From: Parcubacteria group bacterium Gr01-1014_13
GTDB lineage: Bacteria > Patescibacteriota > Patescibacteriia > Magasanikbacterales > GWA2-37-8
Length of the DNA: 64,000 bases
Assembly (NCBI GenBank): GCA_007376295.1
Contig: VMGB01000002.1
Span: forward strand, 2,843 to 66,842
Direction: 5' to 3'
The position numbers and the translations under genes are program-made. Below, piece by piece: positions 8,440 through 17,598 of the stretch (the stretch's first letter is position 1; each line of letters begins with the position of its first letter). A model generated the notes under the pieces. The model was not told the DNA's origin, searched no databases, and saw only the letters and a program-made list of their open reading frames with translations.

Positions 8440-8705
8440 TGCCTAACGATCGCTCGTCTAGGCCTACGGCAACTTTGCCGGGAGAACAGGAGGCAACGTG
8501 AACAGTATCCGCGGACCGACGAACATCAACCATGCCAATCATAACGCGAACTCGATCTCGTTCAATCTCGGCTAGCTCGACCTCGTCGACGCCGGCTCCG
8601 GCCTTGGCACAATTCCTCATTCTGAGGAGCTGAGCGCCACGGCCCCCAACCCCAGGAGGGTGACAAAGTGTCTTCGGACACCGCGTCGCCCTCCTCTTTT
8701 ATTTC
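8440..8705 (+). ncRNA. GC-rich (about 58%) self-contained transcription unit A: candidate sRNA or short-ORF mRNA (26-aa ORF with AGGAGG-GTG at 8498..8575), unclassified
   Basis: Promoter upstream. Strong terminator GGAGGGTGAC...GTCGCCCTCC with an inner UUCG hairpin plus T-tract at 8655..8705. GC content far above the flanking DNA. Confidence 0.35.
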
Positions 8706-8762
8706 ACGCTACTTGCGTGCTTTTTTTATTATGCTACACTACACTGTGTAGTATTTATTTTT

Positions 8763-9143
8763 ATGTTAAAAAATAGCATTCAATCTTTGGGCAGTTTGGA
8801 AGAAGAGATAATGCAAATTATTTGGAAAGAAAAAAACGTATCCGTACGTTTTATTTTTGATAAAATAAAAACAAAACGGCCAATTGCCTATACTACTGTC
8901 ATGACTATAATGTCACGCCTGCATACCAAAGGAATTTTAAACCGGCAACAGCAAGACGGTGCATATATTTATTCCCCGGCCCAAAGCAAAGAAAAGTTTT
9001 TAGAAAAAATTTCCGAAAAAATAATAAAAAATCTGATAAATAGTTATGGCGATGTGGCTGTAGCGCAATTTATCGATATTATTGAAGCGAGTCACTTAAA
9101 AAAATCTTCCGACTGGCAGAAAAGATTAAAAAAAATCAAATAA
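8763..9143 (+). CDS. BlaI/MecI/CopY family transcriptional repressor
   Basis: N-terminal winged helix (EEEIMQIIWKEKNVSVRFIFDKI...YTTVMTIMSRLHTKGIL) typical of penicillinase-repressor family proteins. Confidence 0.8.
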   Translation: MLKNSIQSLGSLEEEIMQIIWKEKNVSVRFIFDKIKTKRPIAYTTVMTIMSRLHTKGILNRQQQDGAYIYSPAQSKEKFLEKISEKIIKNLINSYGDVAVAQFIDIIEASHLKKSSDWQKRLKKIK

Positions 9144-9144
9144 T

Positions 9145-10206
9145 ATGCGTGCCAGCCTGCGAATAAAATCAAATTTGCTTTTTTTTCAAATTGTTTCTTT
9201 GGGAACAATCATATTTTTATTATTTGCCGGTCTGATTTTCAAAATTTATAACTATATTTTTTCCGCCACCGGTGAATTCGCTTTGGATAAAGCTAACGCG
9301 GCTTGCGGATGCACAACATTTGCTTCGCCAAACCACACTACTCTTATCGGCTTTCTTCTTTTTGTTGGTGCGGCTCTGGCACTGACACTAATCATCGCAG
9401 CCGGCCGGGTAATTTTTTCCACTATTAAAACAAACAGATTTGTTCGGTTTAAAAAAACAAAACTGACTCAAAAATCTTTTAAGTTAGCCCAAATTACGGA
9501 TATACTTGGCATTACCAGCAGAGTAGAAGAAATTGCCAGCAATGACCCAACTATCTTTTGCTACGGACTAATCAAACCAAAAATCTGCGTTTCGTCTAAA
9601 GTCGTAGATTCCCTCAGCTCTGCCGAATTGCGAGCAGTGTTAAGGCATGAAACTCAACATATGATCTCACGTGAACCAGCTAAATTACTGGTAATCAAAT
9701 TCATTAATACCTTCCGATTTATTCCGGGGATCAAAAACCTCACAAAAAAATATTTATCTTTTTCTGAACTAGCCGCCGACGAACTTGCCACAAACAATTT
9801 TACAGAAAAAACAGACCTGGCGCGGGCTATGAGCAAAATTTTGGCGCTTGAAGAAAAAACAATCATCCAAAAAGGTATGGCACTTTCCTTTTTCAGTCAA
9901 ATTACCGAAGACCGGGTGCGTGTGTTGAGTGAAAACGACTACATTCCAACATTTAGCCGAGAAATTATAAAAGTTTCTTTGGGTATTGCCGTAGCTATCG
10001 CGATATTTTTTTATTTCTCTTCCGAAATTAAAGCGCAGACAAATTATACCAAACAACTTTATGCAAATTCCCCGTGCATTAACCAAGAACTCAGACCTGA
10101 GCGATGTGAAAATGGCTGGACCAATTGTAAAAACCAAATTTTTCACAAAAAAAATATTTCCTGCAAAAATAACAACGTGTGGATAACTAATACTTTGACA
10201 AAATAA
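9145..10206 (+). CDS. BlaR1-like M56 family membrane metalloprotease (no sensor domain)
   Basis: Multiple TM helices. HExxH zinc motif (LRHETQHMISREP). 1-nt gap to the upstream blaI-like gene. 353 aa, with no beta-lactam sensor domain visible. Confidence 0.65.
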   Translation: MRASLRIKSNLLFFQIVSLGTIIFLLFAGLIFKIYNYIFSATGEFALDKANAACGCTTFASPNHTTLIGFLLFVGAALALTLIIAAGRVIFSTIKTNRFVRFKKTKLTQKSFKLAQITDILGITSRVEEIASNDPTIFCYGLIKPKICVSSKVVDSLSSAELRAVLRHETQHMISREPAKLLVIKFINTFRFIPGIKNLTKKYLSFSELAADELATNNFTEKTDLARAMSKILALEEKTIIQKGMALSFFSQITEDRVRVLSENDYIPTFSREIIKVSLGIAVAIAIFFYFSSEIKAQTNYTKQLYANSPCINQELRPERCENGWTNCKNQIFHKKNISCKNNNVWITNTLTK

Positions 10207-10254
10207 TTCTCTTCTACTACAATACGTAGTAGATATATAAATAATATAAAAATT

Positions 10255-10989
10255 ATGAAACTTCCGTTTCTAGAAAATAAAAAAAATGTTTTAAACTTGG
10301 TGCTATTGGGTCTACTCACAACTTCTATAGTGACCAACCAAACAGTTCTGGCTAATACTAAAAAAATAATTGGTGTAAATCATGGAGTTTTATCATCAAT
10401 CGGCTCAATTAAACTATTTAGCAACACAAAACTTACTGGTAACCTGTCAGAAGATGCCACTAAGATTTCATTTAAACAGGGCATACCCGAAAAATACGGC
10501 CCGGAATTAAATGTTAATTTTGACCAAGTACAGGGTGCTATAGACATTTTGAAACAATATGATCCTGGCTATGGCAGACAAAAAATTTCTTTGGCCGGCG
10601 AAGAAAAACAACGCTACATTAACGTCGGACGAAAAATATCCTGTGAATATTGCTGTGGAGTTGATGGTATTGTCTTTGCAAACGGAGAAGCCGCTTGTGG
10701 TTGCGCTCATTCCCAAGCAATGCGCGGTTTGGCAGCTTATTTAATAAAAAATCACGGCCCAGAATATACGGACGACCAAATTTTAAGAGAACTAGCCGCC
10801 TGGAAGGGTCGTTATTTCCCTAAACAAATGGTACAAAAAACCATGGACCAAATCCAAAGCGGTAAATATACTCCTGATATAGCCGCCCTGCTCTTAGATG
10901 TAAAGCTGCCAAAATATGGAGCAAATGACATCAAATCACCTGCGCCGTCTGACTTAGAAAATGCGCCAGGCATGGTGGGCGGATGTTAA
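10255..10989 (+). CDS. secreted Cys-rich protein ending in ...ENAPGMVGGC
   Basis: Signal peptide. Cys cluster CEYCCGVDG...ACGCAHS. The C-terminal nonapeptide is shared with the next ORF. Confidence 0.5.
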   Translation: MKLPFLENKKNVLNLVLLGLLTTSIVTNQTVLANTKKIIGVNHGVLSSIGSIKLFSNTKLTGNLSEDATKISFKQGIPEKYGPELNVNFDQVQGAIDILKQYDPGYGRQKISLAGEEKQRYINVGRKISCEYCCGVDGIVFANGEAACGCAHSQAMRGLAAYLIKNHGPEYTDDQILRELAAWKGRYFPKQMVQKTMDQIQSGKYTPDIAALLLDVKLPKYGANDIKSPAPSDLENAPGMVGGC

Positions 10990-11030
10990 AAATAATTGAA
11001 ATAATGAATAATTAAAAATAATTTAAAAAT

Positions 11031-11330
11031 ATGCACGACCACACAACAAATCAACAACCAATGCCGGAAAATAACACCCCTCACAACGAATTGGAAGCAA
11101 TAAAAAATGAAGTCACTGCTAAAATGGCAGAAACCAAGGATAAAAATTTACCTTGGGGAAATATTACTGTCACAGTTATTTTAGCAGCGCTTACGCTGAT
11201 GTCTGTGGGACAAACTGTAGAATCTGTTTATATCTTCAACAAACTAAAATCCGGCAATATTGGTCCATCGACTGGCGCGCCGCAGGCGAACTCACCACAG
11301 AACGCTCCGGACATGGTGGGTGGTTGCTAA
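11031..11330 (+). CDS. small membrane-anchored protein ending in ...QNAPDMVGGC
   Basis: One TM helix. Identical NAP-x-MVGGC C-terminal tail, but the body is unrelated to 10255..10989. Confidence 0.5.
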   Translation: MHDHTTNQQPMPENNTPHNELEAIKNEVTAKMAETKDKNLPWGNITVTVILAALTLMSVGQTVESVYIFNKLKSGNIGPSTGAPQANSPQNAPDMVGGC

Positions 11331-11344
11331 AATAAGATTTTATT

Positions 11345-12178
11345 ATGCAAGAAAATACTAAAGACGAATTAAAAATAAATCACCGATTTCTAATGGCGGT
11401 TTCTGCAGTAATATTTTTGGGTACGGCCGTTACTACCGCACTATTTGTCAAAAACAATGACGTTTTAAATAAAAAATTAGCGCAAACAGCTGAAACCAGC
11501 CGCCCAGCCAACTTAGAACTAGTGATGATAAATGACAAAACTTGCCCAGATTGTTTCGACACAGCCGCCATAATTAATCAAATAAAAAAAGAGGGCGTAA
11601 AAATTGATTCCGATAAGAATATAGATCGCTCTAGTGACGAAGGCAAACAACTAATTGCAAAATTTGCTATAAAAAAACTACCAACATTTTTGGTAAAAGG
11701 GGAATTGAAAAAAAATTCCGTCTTAGCCAATTTCTTTTCTCAGGCTGGAGATACAATTGATGATACTTTTGTCTTTAGACAAGTAGGCGGGCCATATTTT
11801 GATACAGCTACTAACAAAGTAAAAGGCAAAGTTAATTTGGTTTTAATTACAGATGTTACCTGCACCCAGTGTTATGATGTTGCCCAACATGAAGCAATTT
11901 TGAAACAATTTGGCATTACCACTGCAGCAAAAGTAGCGGATATAAAATCAGATCTTGGTAAAGCGTTAATAAAAGCTTATGGTATAAAAATGGTTCCGGC
12001 TTTCGTGCTAACTGGTGAAATAAAAGAATATCCTAGTTTGACATCAGTCTGGTCTCAAGTCGGTTTTGTAGCCAAAGACGGTGCTTATGTCTTTACCAAA
12101 GGCGTACCATTTATGGGTACTTACAAAGACCTCGCTACCAACAAAGTGGTAACTCCTGCGCCAGAAACATCTAACTAA
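11345..12178 (+). CDS. membrane-anchored tandem thioredoxin-like (DsbA/TlpA-like) protein, CxxC motifs CPDC and CTQC
   Basis: N-terminal TM. Two repeated domains of about 120 aa, each with a CxxC and the thioredoxin-fold pattern (KKLPTFLV / KMVPAFVL). Confidence 0.6.
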   Translation: MQENTKDELKINHRFLMAVSAVIFLGTAVTTALFVKNNDVLNKKLAQTAETSRPANLELVMINDKTCPDCFDTAAIINQIKKEGVKIDSDKNIDRSSDEGKQLIAKFAIKKLPTFLVKGELKKNSVLANFFSQAGDTIDDTFVFRQVGGPYFDTATNKVKGKVNLVLITDVTCTQCYDVAQHEAILKQFGITTAAKVADIKSDLGKALIKAYGIKMVPAFVLTGEIKEYPSLTSVWSQVGFVAKDGAYVFTKGVPFMGTYKDLATNKVVTPAPETSN

Positions 12179-12183
12179 CTTTT

Positions 12184-12684
12184 ATGAATGGTAATAACCA
12201 AAAATCCTCCCCTGTAGTTTGGATTATTATCGGTTTAATTACCGTTGCTGTTGTATTTCTTATTTTCAAGAGCACAAACGCTCCAGAGCGGCCACCTAAA
12301 ACAAATAGAGAAGTAGCTATGATTTGTACCACAGATATGGCTACCCAATTTCATATCCATCCTAATCTAAAAATTATAATCAATGGCCAGGCACAAGAAC
12401 TCCCCACAAATATCGGCATTAGTAATAGCTGTATGAATCCGCTTCATACTCATGATGACAGCGGAAAAATCCACGTTGAATCACCAGAAAAAAGAGATTT
12501 TACTTTGGCTGATTTCTTTGCCGTTTGGAAAAAAACTTTCACCAAAGACCAGATCCTAAATTACAAAGTTGACGAAACACACACTATCCGTGAAACAGTA
12601 AATGGTGTTGAAACAAAAGATTACGAAAATACCGTGCTTTATGATGGAGACCAAATAATTATCTACTACGAAGAAAAAAAGTAA
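12184..12684 (+). CDS. membrane-anchored extracytoplasmic protein with a His/Cys/Met cluster (HIHP...SCMNPLHTHDD...H), putative metal-binding
   Basis: N-terminal TM, then a beta-rich domain with H-x-H, C-M-x-x-x-H-x-H motifs. Confidence 0.4.
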   Translation: MNGNNQKSSPVVWIIIGLITVAVVFLIFKSTNAPERPPKTNREVAMICTTDMATQFHIHPNLKIIINGQAQELPTNIGISNSCMNPLHTHDDSGKIHVESPEKRDFTLADFFAVWKKTFTKDQILNYKVDETHTIRETVNGVETKDYENTVLYDGDQIIIYYEEKK

Positions 12685-12685
12685 T

Positions 12686-13171
12686 ATGATGTTGCTGCAA
12701 ATTATTACCTCTGTTTTAAAAAGAAAAAAATACGGCCTTATTGCGCTGGGCGCGGGAATTATAATGGCCGGACTTTCGTATTATCTTACAATTGTAAATG
12801 TGGCCTTCCATAGTTTCTCAATTCTTTTACAGATGGACGGACCATTATTTACCACCGTTTCCTTTGCGCTTTCTCTGGCTATTTCGGCGCTATTTGGAAT
12901 CTACCTGGGGTTAATTTTTTTTAGACATGACCTGATGAAAGGCAATAAAAATGCCAAAGCAATGGCATCTGGCTTAGGAGGTACTATTGCCGGGGTTGTC
13001 GCTTCAGCCTGCCCTACTTGCGGAGCGCCCTTACTAGCTTTGTTTGGCGCGCCTTTAGGCCTGATGGCTCTGCCTTTTCAAGGATTGGAAATTAAAGTTG
13101 TGAGTATTTTACTTCTACTTCTTTCTGTTTATCTTCTAGCTCAGAGTATAGAGAAAAAATTGAATTGTTAA
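12686..13171 (+). CDS. integral membrane protein with an intramembrane CPTC (CxxC) motif, possibly a VKOR/DsbB-type thiol oxidoreductase or metal transporter
   Basis: 4-5 TM helices. ASACPTCGAPLLALFGAP within a TM segment. Start overlaps the stop of the upstream gene. Confidence 0.35.
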   Translation: MMLLQIITSVLKRKKYGLIALGAGIIMAGLSYYLTIVNVAFHSFSILLQMDGPLFTTVSFALSLAISALFGIYLGLIFFRHDLMKGNKNAKAMASGLGGTIAGVVASACPTCGAPLLALFGAPLGLMALPFQGLEIKVVSILLLLLSVYLLAQSIEKKLNC

Positions 13172-13240
13172 AACCGACCGGACAAATCCAAATCCCAATC
13201 CAAAACCGCTGACATCCGAATCCAAATTCCAAATCCAAAT
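13172..13240. repeat. degenerate CCAAATC heptamer microsatellite between convergent genes
   Basis: ...caaatccaaatcccaatccaaaacc...atccgaatccaaattccaaatccaaatc... Confidence 0.6.
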
Positions 13241-14347
13241 CTATTTCTGTTTGCGCGAGAGGACGAGACGAACGGCAATATCCGGATTAGCAAAGACACG
13301 CCAGTAGTCGCCTACGCGAGCAGCCCCACCATCATCACGGTCGCGGCCAATAAGGCCGTGACGGTCATCGACCCCAAGAAAATAATTATCAAAATTGGTC
13401 CAAAGATCTTTTTGACCCCAGCCTTGAGCTGACGCTAGTCGGGCATATTCGTCTTGTCTAATGGGGCGAAATTCAAATTGTTCAGGGTCGCATTTTAGTT
13501 TATTTAGGATTTCTTTGTGTTTTTTGGTGGGAATACGTTTGGCCGGATCTCCTTCCCAGAGGGCGGTGTCTAGGTCTTGTCGGCGGATATTTACCGCGCT
13601 ATCAGCAGACTTTCTGCCATGTTGATTGGCCAGCTCTGGAGGAAGCAGGGCTTTTAAAAGTTTGGATGTGTGAGATTTTTTGGCTTTTTTATCTTCATAG
13701 TCTTGTTCTGTCCAGTTATCTACAAAAAGAATTTCGTCTTCTTGAAAACGAGGAGCGGCAGACTGCCTGTCTGCTCCTTCTAAATTAGAGACAATTCTGT
13801 TTTGGGCTAATTGTTGTAGATACCAAAAATCGTTTGGCGGCACACAGGGCATGGAAAGGTTAGGACATTCTTTTTTCCAATTCTTGATAAAGGCTTGTTG
13901 ACCCTGTTCTGTATTTATATCCATCTTGTTGTTTATCACTTCTTGCAACAGACGCTCGGCAGCTTCGCTGCCGCGGATAATACTTAATTCTAGATTATAT
14001 TCTTCTTTGGCTTTTTCATAGTCTATATTATTGGTTTCAGGGTCGGATTGAAGAGCGGCGGCGGCTTCTTCATCAGTAAGTGTTAAAGAATATTGCGAAC
14101 GCAATTTGTCTAATTTTTCTTTAATTATTTTTGGTTCTGGCCAAATTTTTTGATCTATATATTGGAGAATGATATCTGCCTTGGTGGAGTCAAAGCTATT
14201 TAGAAATTCAAAATATTCGGCTGTGTCGGTTTTCACAACTCCCAATTCCTCTAATTTATCATGGAGTACGTGATGCTCCGGAGAGAATTTGGCAACTTCG
14301 ACTTGGATTTTTTGAGATTCGGGGTTAAATTCTTGGGATTCGGACAT
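13241..14347 (-). CDS. hypothetical protein (368 aa), acidic and hydrophilic
   Basis: Long ORF with typical host codon usage. No recognisable motif. Confidence 0.5.
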   Translation of the reverse strand: MSESQEFNPESQKIQVEVAKFSPEHHVLHDKLEELGVVKTDTAEYFEFLNSFDSTKADIILQYIDQKIWPEPKIIKEKLDKLRSQYSLTLTDEEAAAALQSDPETNNIDYEKAKEEYNLELSIIRGSEAAERLLQEVINNKMDINTEQGQQAFIKNWKKECPNLSMPCVPPNDFWYLQQLAQNRIVSNLEGADRQSAAPRFQEDEILFVDNWTEQDYEDKKAKKSHTSKLLKALLPPELANQHGRKSADSAVNIRRQDLDTALWEGDPAKRIPTKKHKEILNKLKCDPEQFEFRPIRQDEYARLASAQGWGQKDLWTNFDNYFLGVDDRHGLIGRDRDDGGAARVGDYWRVFANPDIAVRLVLSRKQK

Positions 14348-14417
14348 ATGGGTTAGAGTTTAAAAATTTAAATTATTTAATTTATACTTACTCTTAAAAA
14401 ACCCCAATTTAAAACGA

Positions 14418-17156
14418 CTACTTCATTTCACCCCAACTGCGGTTGATACTAATACCAACTTTTACCGGTACACGCAGAGTCACCACATTCTCCATTATAC
14501 TTTTTACCAGATCGGCAACTTCGTCGGCCAATTCTTTTTTTACTTCCAAAACCAATTCGTCGTGTACCTGTAAAAGTATTTTGGCCTGACTTAGAGATTT
14601 ATTTTTATTATCTTTTATTTTTTTATGCACTTCAATCATCGCCATCTTCATCAAATCCGCGGCTGTACCCTGTATTGGATGATTTACAGCCATGCGTTCA
14701 GCAGCTGCCCGCATCTGAAAATTAGTTGCGTTTAATTCTGGCAAATAACGGCGGCGGCCAAACAAAGTTTCGCAATAACCTTCTTTTTTAGTAAATTCCA
14801 AAGTCCGGTCTATATATTCCCGCACCCCGCTAAACGCCTCAAAATATTTTCTGATAAAATCTTTGGCTTCGGCCTGGGAAATACCGGTGCGCCAGCTAAG
14901 CCCATACGAACCCATGCCGTAGAGCACGCCAAAGTTTACTTCCTTGGCTGCATAACGCATCTCTTTGGTTACTTCTGAGAGTGGCACGTTGTTTATGGCC
15001 GCGGCAGTCGCTTTATGAATATCTTCATCGTTGTTAAAAATCTCAATCATGCGCTTGTCTTGGGCTAGCGAGGCCACTATACGCAATTCAATCTGTGAAT
15101 AATCCGCGCTGACCAAAACATTGCCCGGTTCAGCCACAAAGGCCTTGCGTATTTCTCGTCCTAACTCGCTACGAATAGGAATATTTTGCAAATTTGGATC
15201 CAAGCTAGACAAACGGCCAGTAGCAGCCACAGTTTGATTAAAGTGAGAGTGGATTCTGCCGGTTTTTTTATTTATCAAATCCGGCAGTACATCTATATAT
15301 GTATTTTTCAGCTTAGCCAGTTCGCGATAGGTAGAAATCTCTTCGATAATCGGATGCAGACCGCGCATTTTTTCCAATTCTTCAGCTGAAGTAGAGAGAC
15401 CGGTCTTGCCTTTTTTTATACCAGCCACAGAAATATCTAATTTATCAAACAGAACTTCCCTTAATTGTATTGGCGAAGCGATATTAAATTCCATGCCGGC
15501 TAGTTTATATATTTTTTTGGTTAATTTGTCTAAACTTTCTGTTGCTTCAACGGATAATTTTTTTAACATGGTTTTATCTACCGCAATGCCATTTAGTTCC
15601 ATCTCAGCCAAAACATATTCCAACTGCATTTCCATTTTTTTAAACAAACCAAAATTATCAGCTTTTTCCAATTCAATTTTTAATTTTTCTTTGGCCTGAT
15701 TGATTAAAAATATCTCTTCCGCCAAACTTTTTTTATCTATGCCAAACAAACTTGTTTGCGCTGTATTTTGCGGCAGAACTTTTCCCAAAACTTTTAGCAG
15801 TATGCTGGTAATATCGTGCGCTTTACTGCCAGAATTTAATAAATACGAAGCAACCATCACATCAAACATGTCATTTTCTGGAACTAATTCAAAATTGTAT
15901 TGCAAAGTTTTTATTAATTCTTTCAGATCATGACCAACTAATTCTAAACTGCTGTCCTTAAACAAAGGTAAAACTTTTTTTACCATTTTAGCATCAACAA
16001 AAAATACTTCTGACTTAACAGTTACCATTAAACCAAGAAATTCACTATCCAAAACTTCTTTGCCGCTTAAAACTGCCCGGCAAGCAAATGATTTATTTTC
16101 TTTTACTAATTTAATTAATTTTTCCAATTCATTTTCTTTATTTACTTCAGAAAAAATCATTTTTTCTGCACTTTTGTGTTTTCCCTGCTTGTCATGTAGT
16201 TCCGCTTCAGTAGAAAAACCGGGAATTCTTTTTAAAAGTGAAACAAATTCAAACTTTTGGAATAGCTTACTGATTTTCTCCTTATCAAAATCTTTAATTT
16301 CGCAATGCTTAAAATCAAACTTTAAATCGGGAACATCACAATTTATGGTCGACAATTCTTTGCTCATCTTAGCGCTGGCTTCGCCCTCAATCAGTTTGGC
16401 TATCACGCCAGGTTTTAATTCTTTAGCTATTTTTTCTCTATTTTTTAATTGTTTATATATATTATCTATACTCCCAAATTTTAAAATTAATTCGGTTGCG
16501 CTTTTCTCTCCGATTCCAGGCACGCCTGGAATATTGTCTGAAGCATCACCGCGTAAAGCTTTATAATCCACCATTTTTTCTGGTCCAAAACCAAATCTGG
16601 CTTTTACGCCAGCTACATCATAAACTACTACATCGCTAATTCCTTTGCGCAAGGTATATACTTTTGCTTTGTCGCTCACTAGTTGTAAAGTATCCATATC
16701 GCCAGTGACGATAAATACTTCTGTGTCCTTTTCTTTTTCCAATTTTTTTACAATCGTGCCAATCACATCATCGGCTTCATAACCTTTTTTTTCATAAATC
16801 GGCAAATCAAAAGATTCTACCAATTCGTGTACCAAAGGTATCTGATCATATAATGCTTGATCTGCTTTTACCCGCGTGGCTTTGTATTCTTTGTATTGCA
16901 CATGCCGAAAAGTCGGGCCAGACATATCAAAAGTCACGGCAATACAGCTTGGCTGTAAATCTTTCCAAACTTTAAGCAGCATGGAAGCAAATCCATAAAC
17001 TGCATTTACCATTTTTCCATCTTTAGTGGTAAGCGGAGGAATAGCGTGATAGGCGCGATGGATAATGGCGTTGCCGTCGAAAATAATAATTCTTTTCATA
17101 CAAAAAACGAAAAAGTTTAGCAGTACTATTCTACCTTGTTGAATTTTTTTGAGCAA
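14418..17156 (-). CDS. polA: DNA polymerase I (5'-3' exonuclease + polymerase domains)
   Basis: MKRIIIFDGNAIIHRAYHA 5'-nuclease N-terminus and conserved polymerase motifs (RRxAKxxNFGxxYG, YxQIELR, HDELVLE). The likely true start is the internal Met about 19 codons into the ORF (near 17099). Confidence 0.95.
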   Translation of the reverse strand: MLKKIQQGRIVLLNFFVFCMKRIIIFDGNAIIHRAYHAIPPLTTKDGKMVNAVYGFASMLLKVWKDLQPSCIAVTFDMSGPTFRHVQYKEYKATRVKADQALYDQIPLVHELVESFDLPIYEKKGYEADDVIGTIVKKLEKEKDTEVFIVTGDMDTLQLVSDKAKVYTLRKGISDVVVYDVAGVKARFGFGPEKMVDYKALRGDASDNIPGVPGIGEKSATELILKFGSIDNIYKQLKNREKIAKELKPGVIAKLIEGEASAKMSKELSTINCDVPDLKFDFKHCEIKDFDKEKISKLFQKFEFVSLLKRIPGFSTEAELHDKQGKHKSAEKMIFSEVNKENELEKLIKLVKENKSFACRAVLSGKEVLDSEFLGLMVTVKSEVFFVDAKMVKKVLPLFKDSSLELVGHDLKELIKTLQYNFELVPENDMFDVMVASYLLNSGSKAHDITSILLKVLGKVLPQNTAQTSLFGIDKKSLAEEIFLINQAKEKLKIELEKADNFGLFKKMEMQLEYVLAEMELNGIAVDKTMLKKLSVEATESLDKLTKKIYKLAGMEFNIASPIQLREVLFDKLDISVAGIKKGKTGLSTSAEELEKMRGLHPIIEEISTYRELAKLKNTYIDVLPDLINKKTGRIHSHFNQTVAATGRLSSLDPNLQNIPIRSELGREIRKAFVAEPGNVLVSADYSQIELRIVASLAQDKRMIEIFNNDEDIHKATAAAINNVPLSEVTKEMRYAAKEVNFGVLYGMGSYGLSWRTGISQAEAKDFIRKYFEAFSGVREYIDRTLEFTKKEGYCETLFGRRRYLPELNATNFQMRAAAERMAVNHPIQGTAADLMKMAMIEVHKKIKDNKNKSLSQAKILLQVHDELVLEVKKELADEVADLVKSIMENVVTLRVPVKVGISINRSWGEMK

Positions 17157-17157
17157 G

Positions 17158-17187
17158 AAAAAAGACGGTTCCCGAAGGATTGCCGTC
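17158..17187 (-). terminator. intrinsic terminator of unit B (GACGG-CAAUCCUUCGGGAACC-GUC plus U6)
   Basis: Hairpin with an inner UUCG-capped stem followed by TTTTTT on the minus strand, about 60 nt upstream of the polA start. Confidence 0.65.
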
Positions 17188-17467
17188 TGTAGTCTGGCTG
17201 GTAAGCCTCTGGTCCAACTTAGCCGGGACTAGAGAAACATCATCAGCCAGGCAAGGGCTAGAATCAAAACGAAAGTGGTTGCTTCCAGCAGAACAATTAC
17301 TGCTGGCTCGATCTTCAGTCCCACCCGCTGCAACCACAGATGGTGGTAGCGGCGGTGTGAAAGCTGCTGATTCTGCAAGTAAGAAGGCCTGTCCTTCATA
17401 TCAATCATTTCTGAAATTCCCCCTTTAGCGATTCTTGTTGTTATGGTGAAAATTCACCAATTACTCG
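17188..17467 (-). ncRNA. GC-enriched transcription unit B: highly structured RNA of about 280 nt, or mRNA of a 59-aa membrane peptide (17229..17408)
   Basis: Consensus promoter upstream and terminator downstream. Several perfect hairpins (CCAGCAG-N8-CUGCUGG; CUCUAGUCC-N10-GGACCAGAG; GGUGAAUUUUCACC). An in-frame 59-aa ORF MIDMKDRPSYLQNQQLSHRRYHHLWLQRVGLKIEPAVIVLLEATTFVLILALAWLMMFL is preceded by GGGGGA. Confidence 0.4.
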
Positions 17468-17473
17468 ACCGCT

Positions 17474-17502
17474 ATTATACTCTAAAACAAGCCTTTTGTC
17501 AA
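17474..17502 (-). promoter_or_regulatory. perfect consensus promoter TTGACA-17-TATAAT for unit B
   Basis: Minus-strand TTGACA at 17497..17502, 17-nt spacer, TATAAT at 17474..17479. Confidence 0.6.
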
Positions 17503-17598
17503 GAGTATAATGCCATTTTTTGGCTAATATTAGAAAAAAGAAGACCCGCCGAGGCTTTATGCCAAGACGGGTTGTTGGTTGGGTCTACTATTATAGAG

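Noticed and set aside
8317-8620. Track ORFs 8317..8544(+) and 8402..8620(-) in the GC-rich unit A.
   Set aside because: The plus ORF starts upstream of the promoter and reads through it. The minus ORF starts inside the plus-strand terminator and lacks an RBS. Both are typical random ORFs of GC-rich DNA, and promoter/terminator polarity supports a plus-strand transcript.
14418-17156. The N-terminal 19 codons of the polA track ORF (TTG start).
   Set aside because: The conserved 5'-nuclease N-terminus begins at the internal MKRIIIFDGN, and the upstream extension runs into the unit B terminator. I could not reconcile the exact coordinate of that Met with my reading of the text (a 1-nt ambiguity), so the track coordinates were kept.
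17131-17428. Track ORFs 17131..17337(-) and 17180..17428(+).
   Set aside because: They span the unit B terminator and promoter, have no RBS and low-complexity sequence, and are superseded by the structured RNA / 59-aa ORF interpretation.
17158-17470. Unit B as RNase P RNA, tmRNA or SRP RNA.
   Set aside because: No second CCGG-containing strand to form P4. No AGGGUGAAA-type motif. No tRNA-like acceptor/T-arm or ...AA-stop tag reading frame. No GGAA-tetraloop domain IV. Left unclassified.
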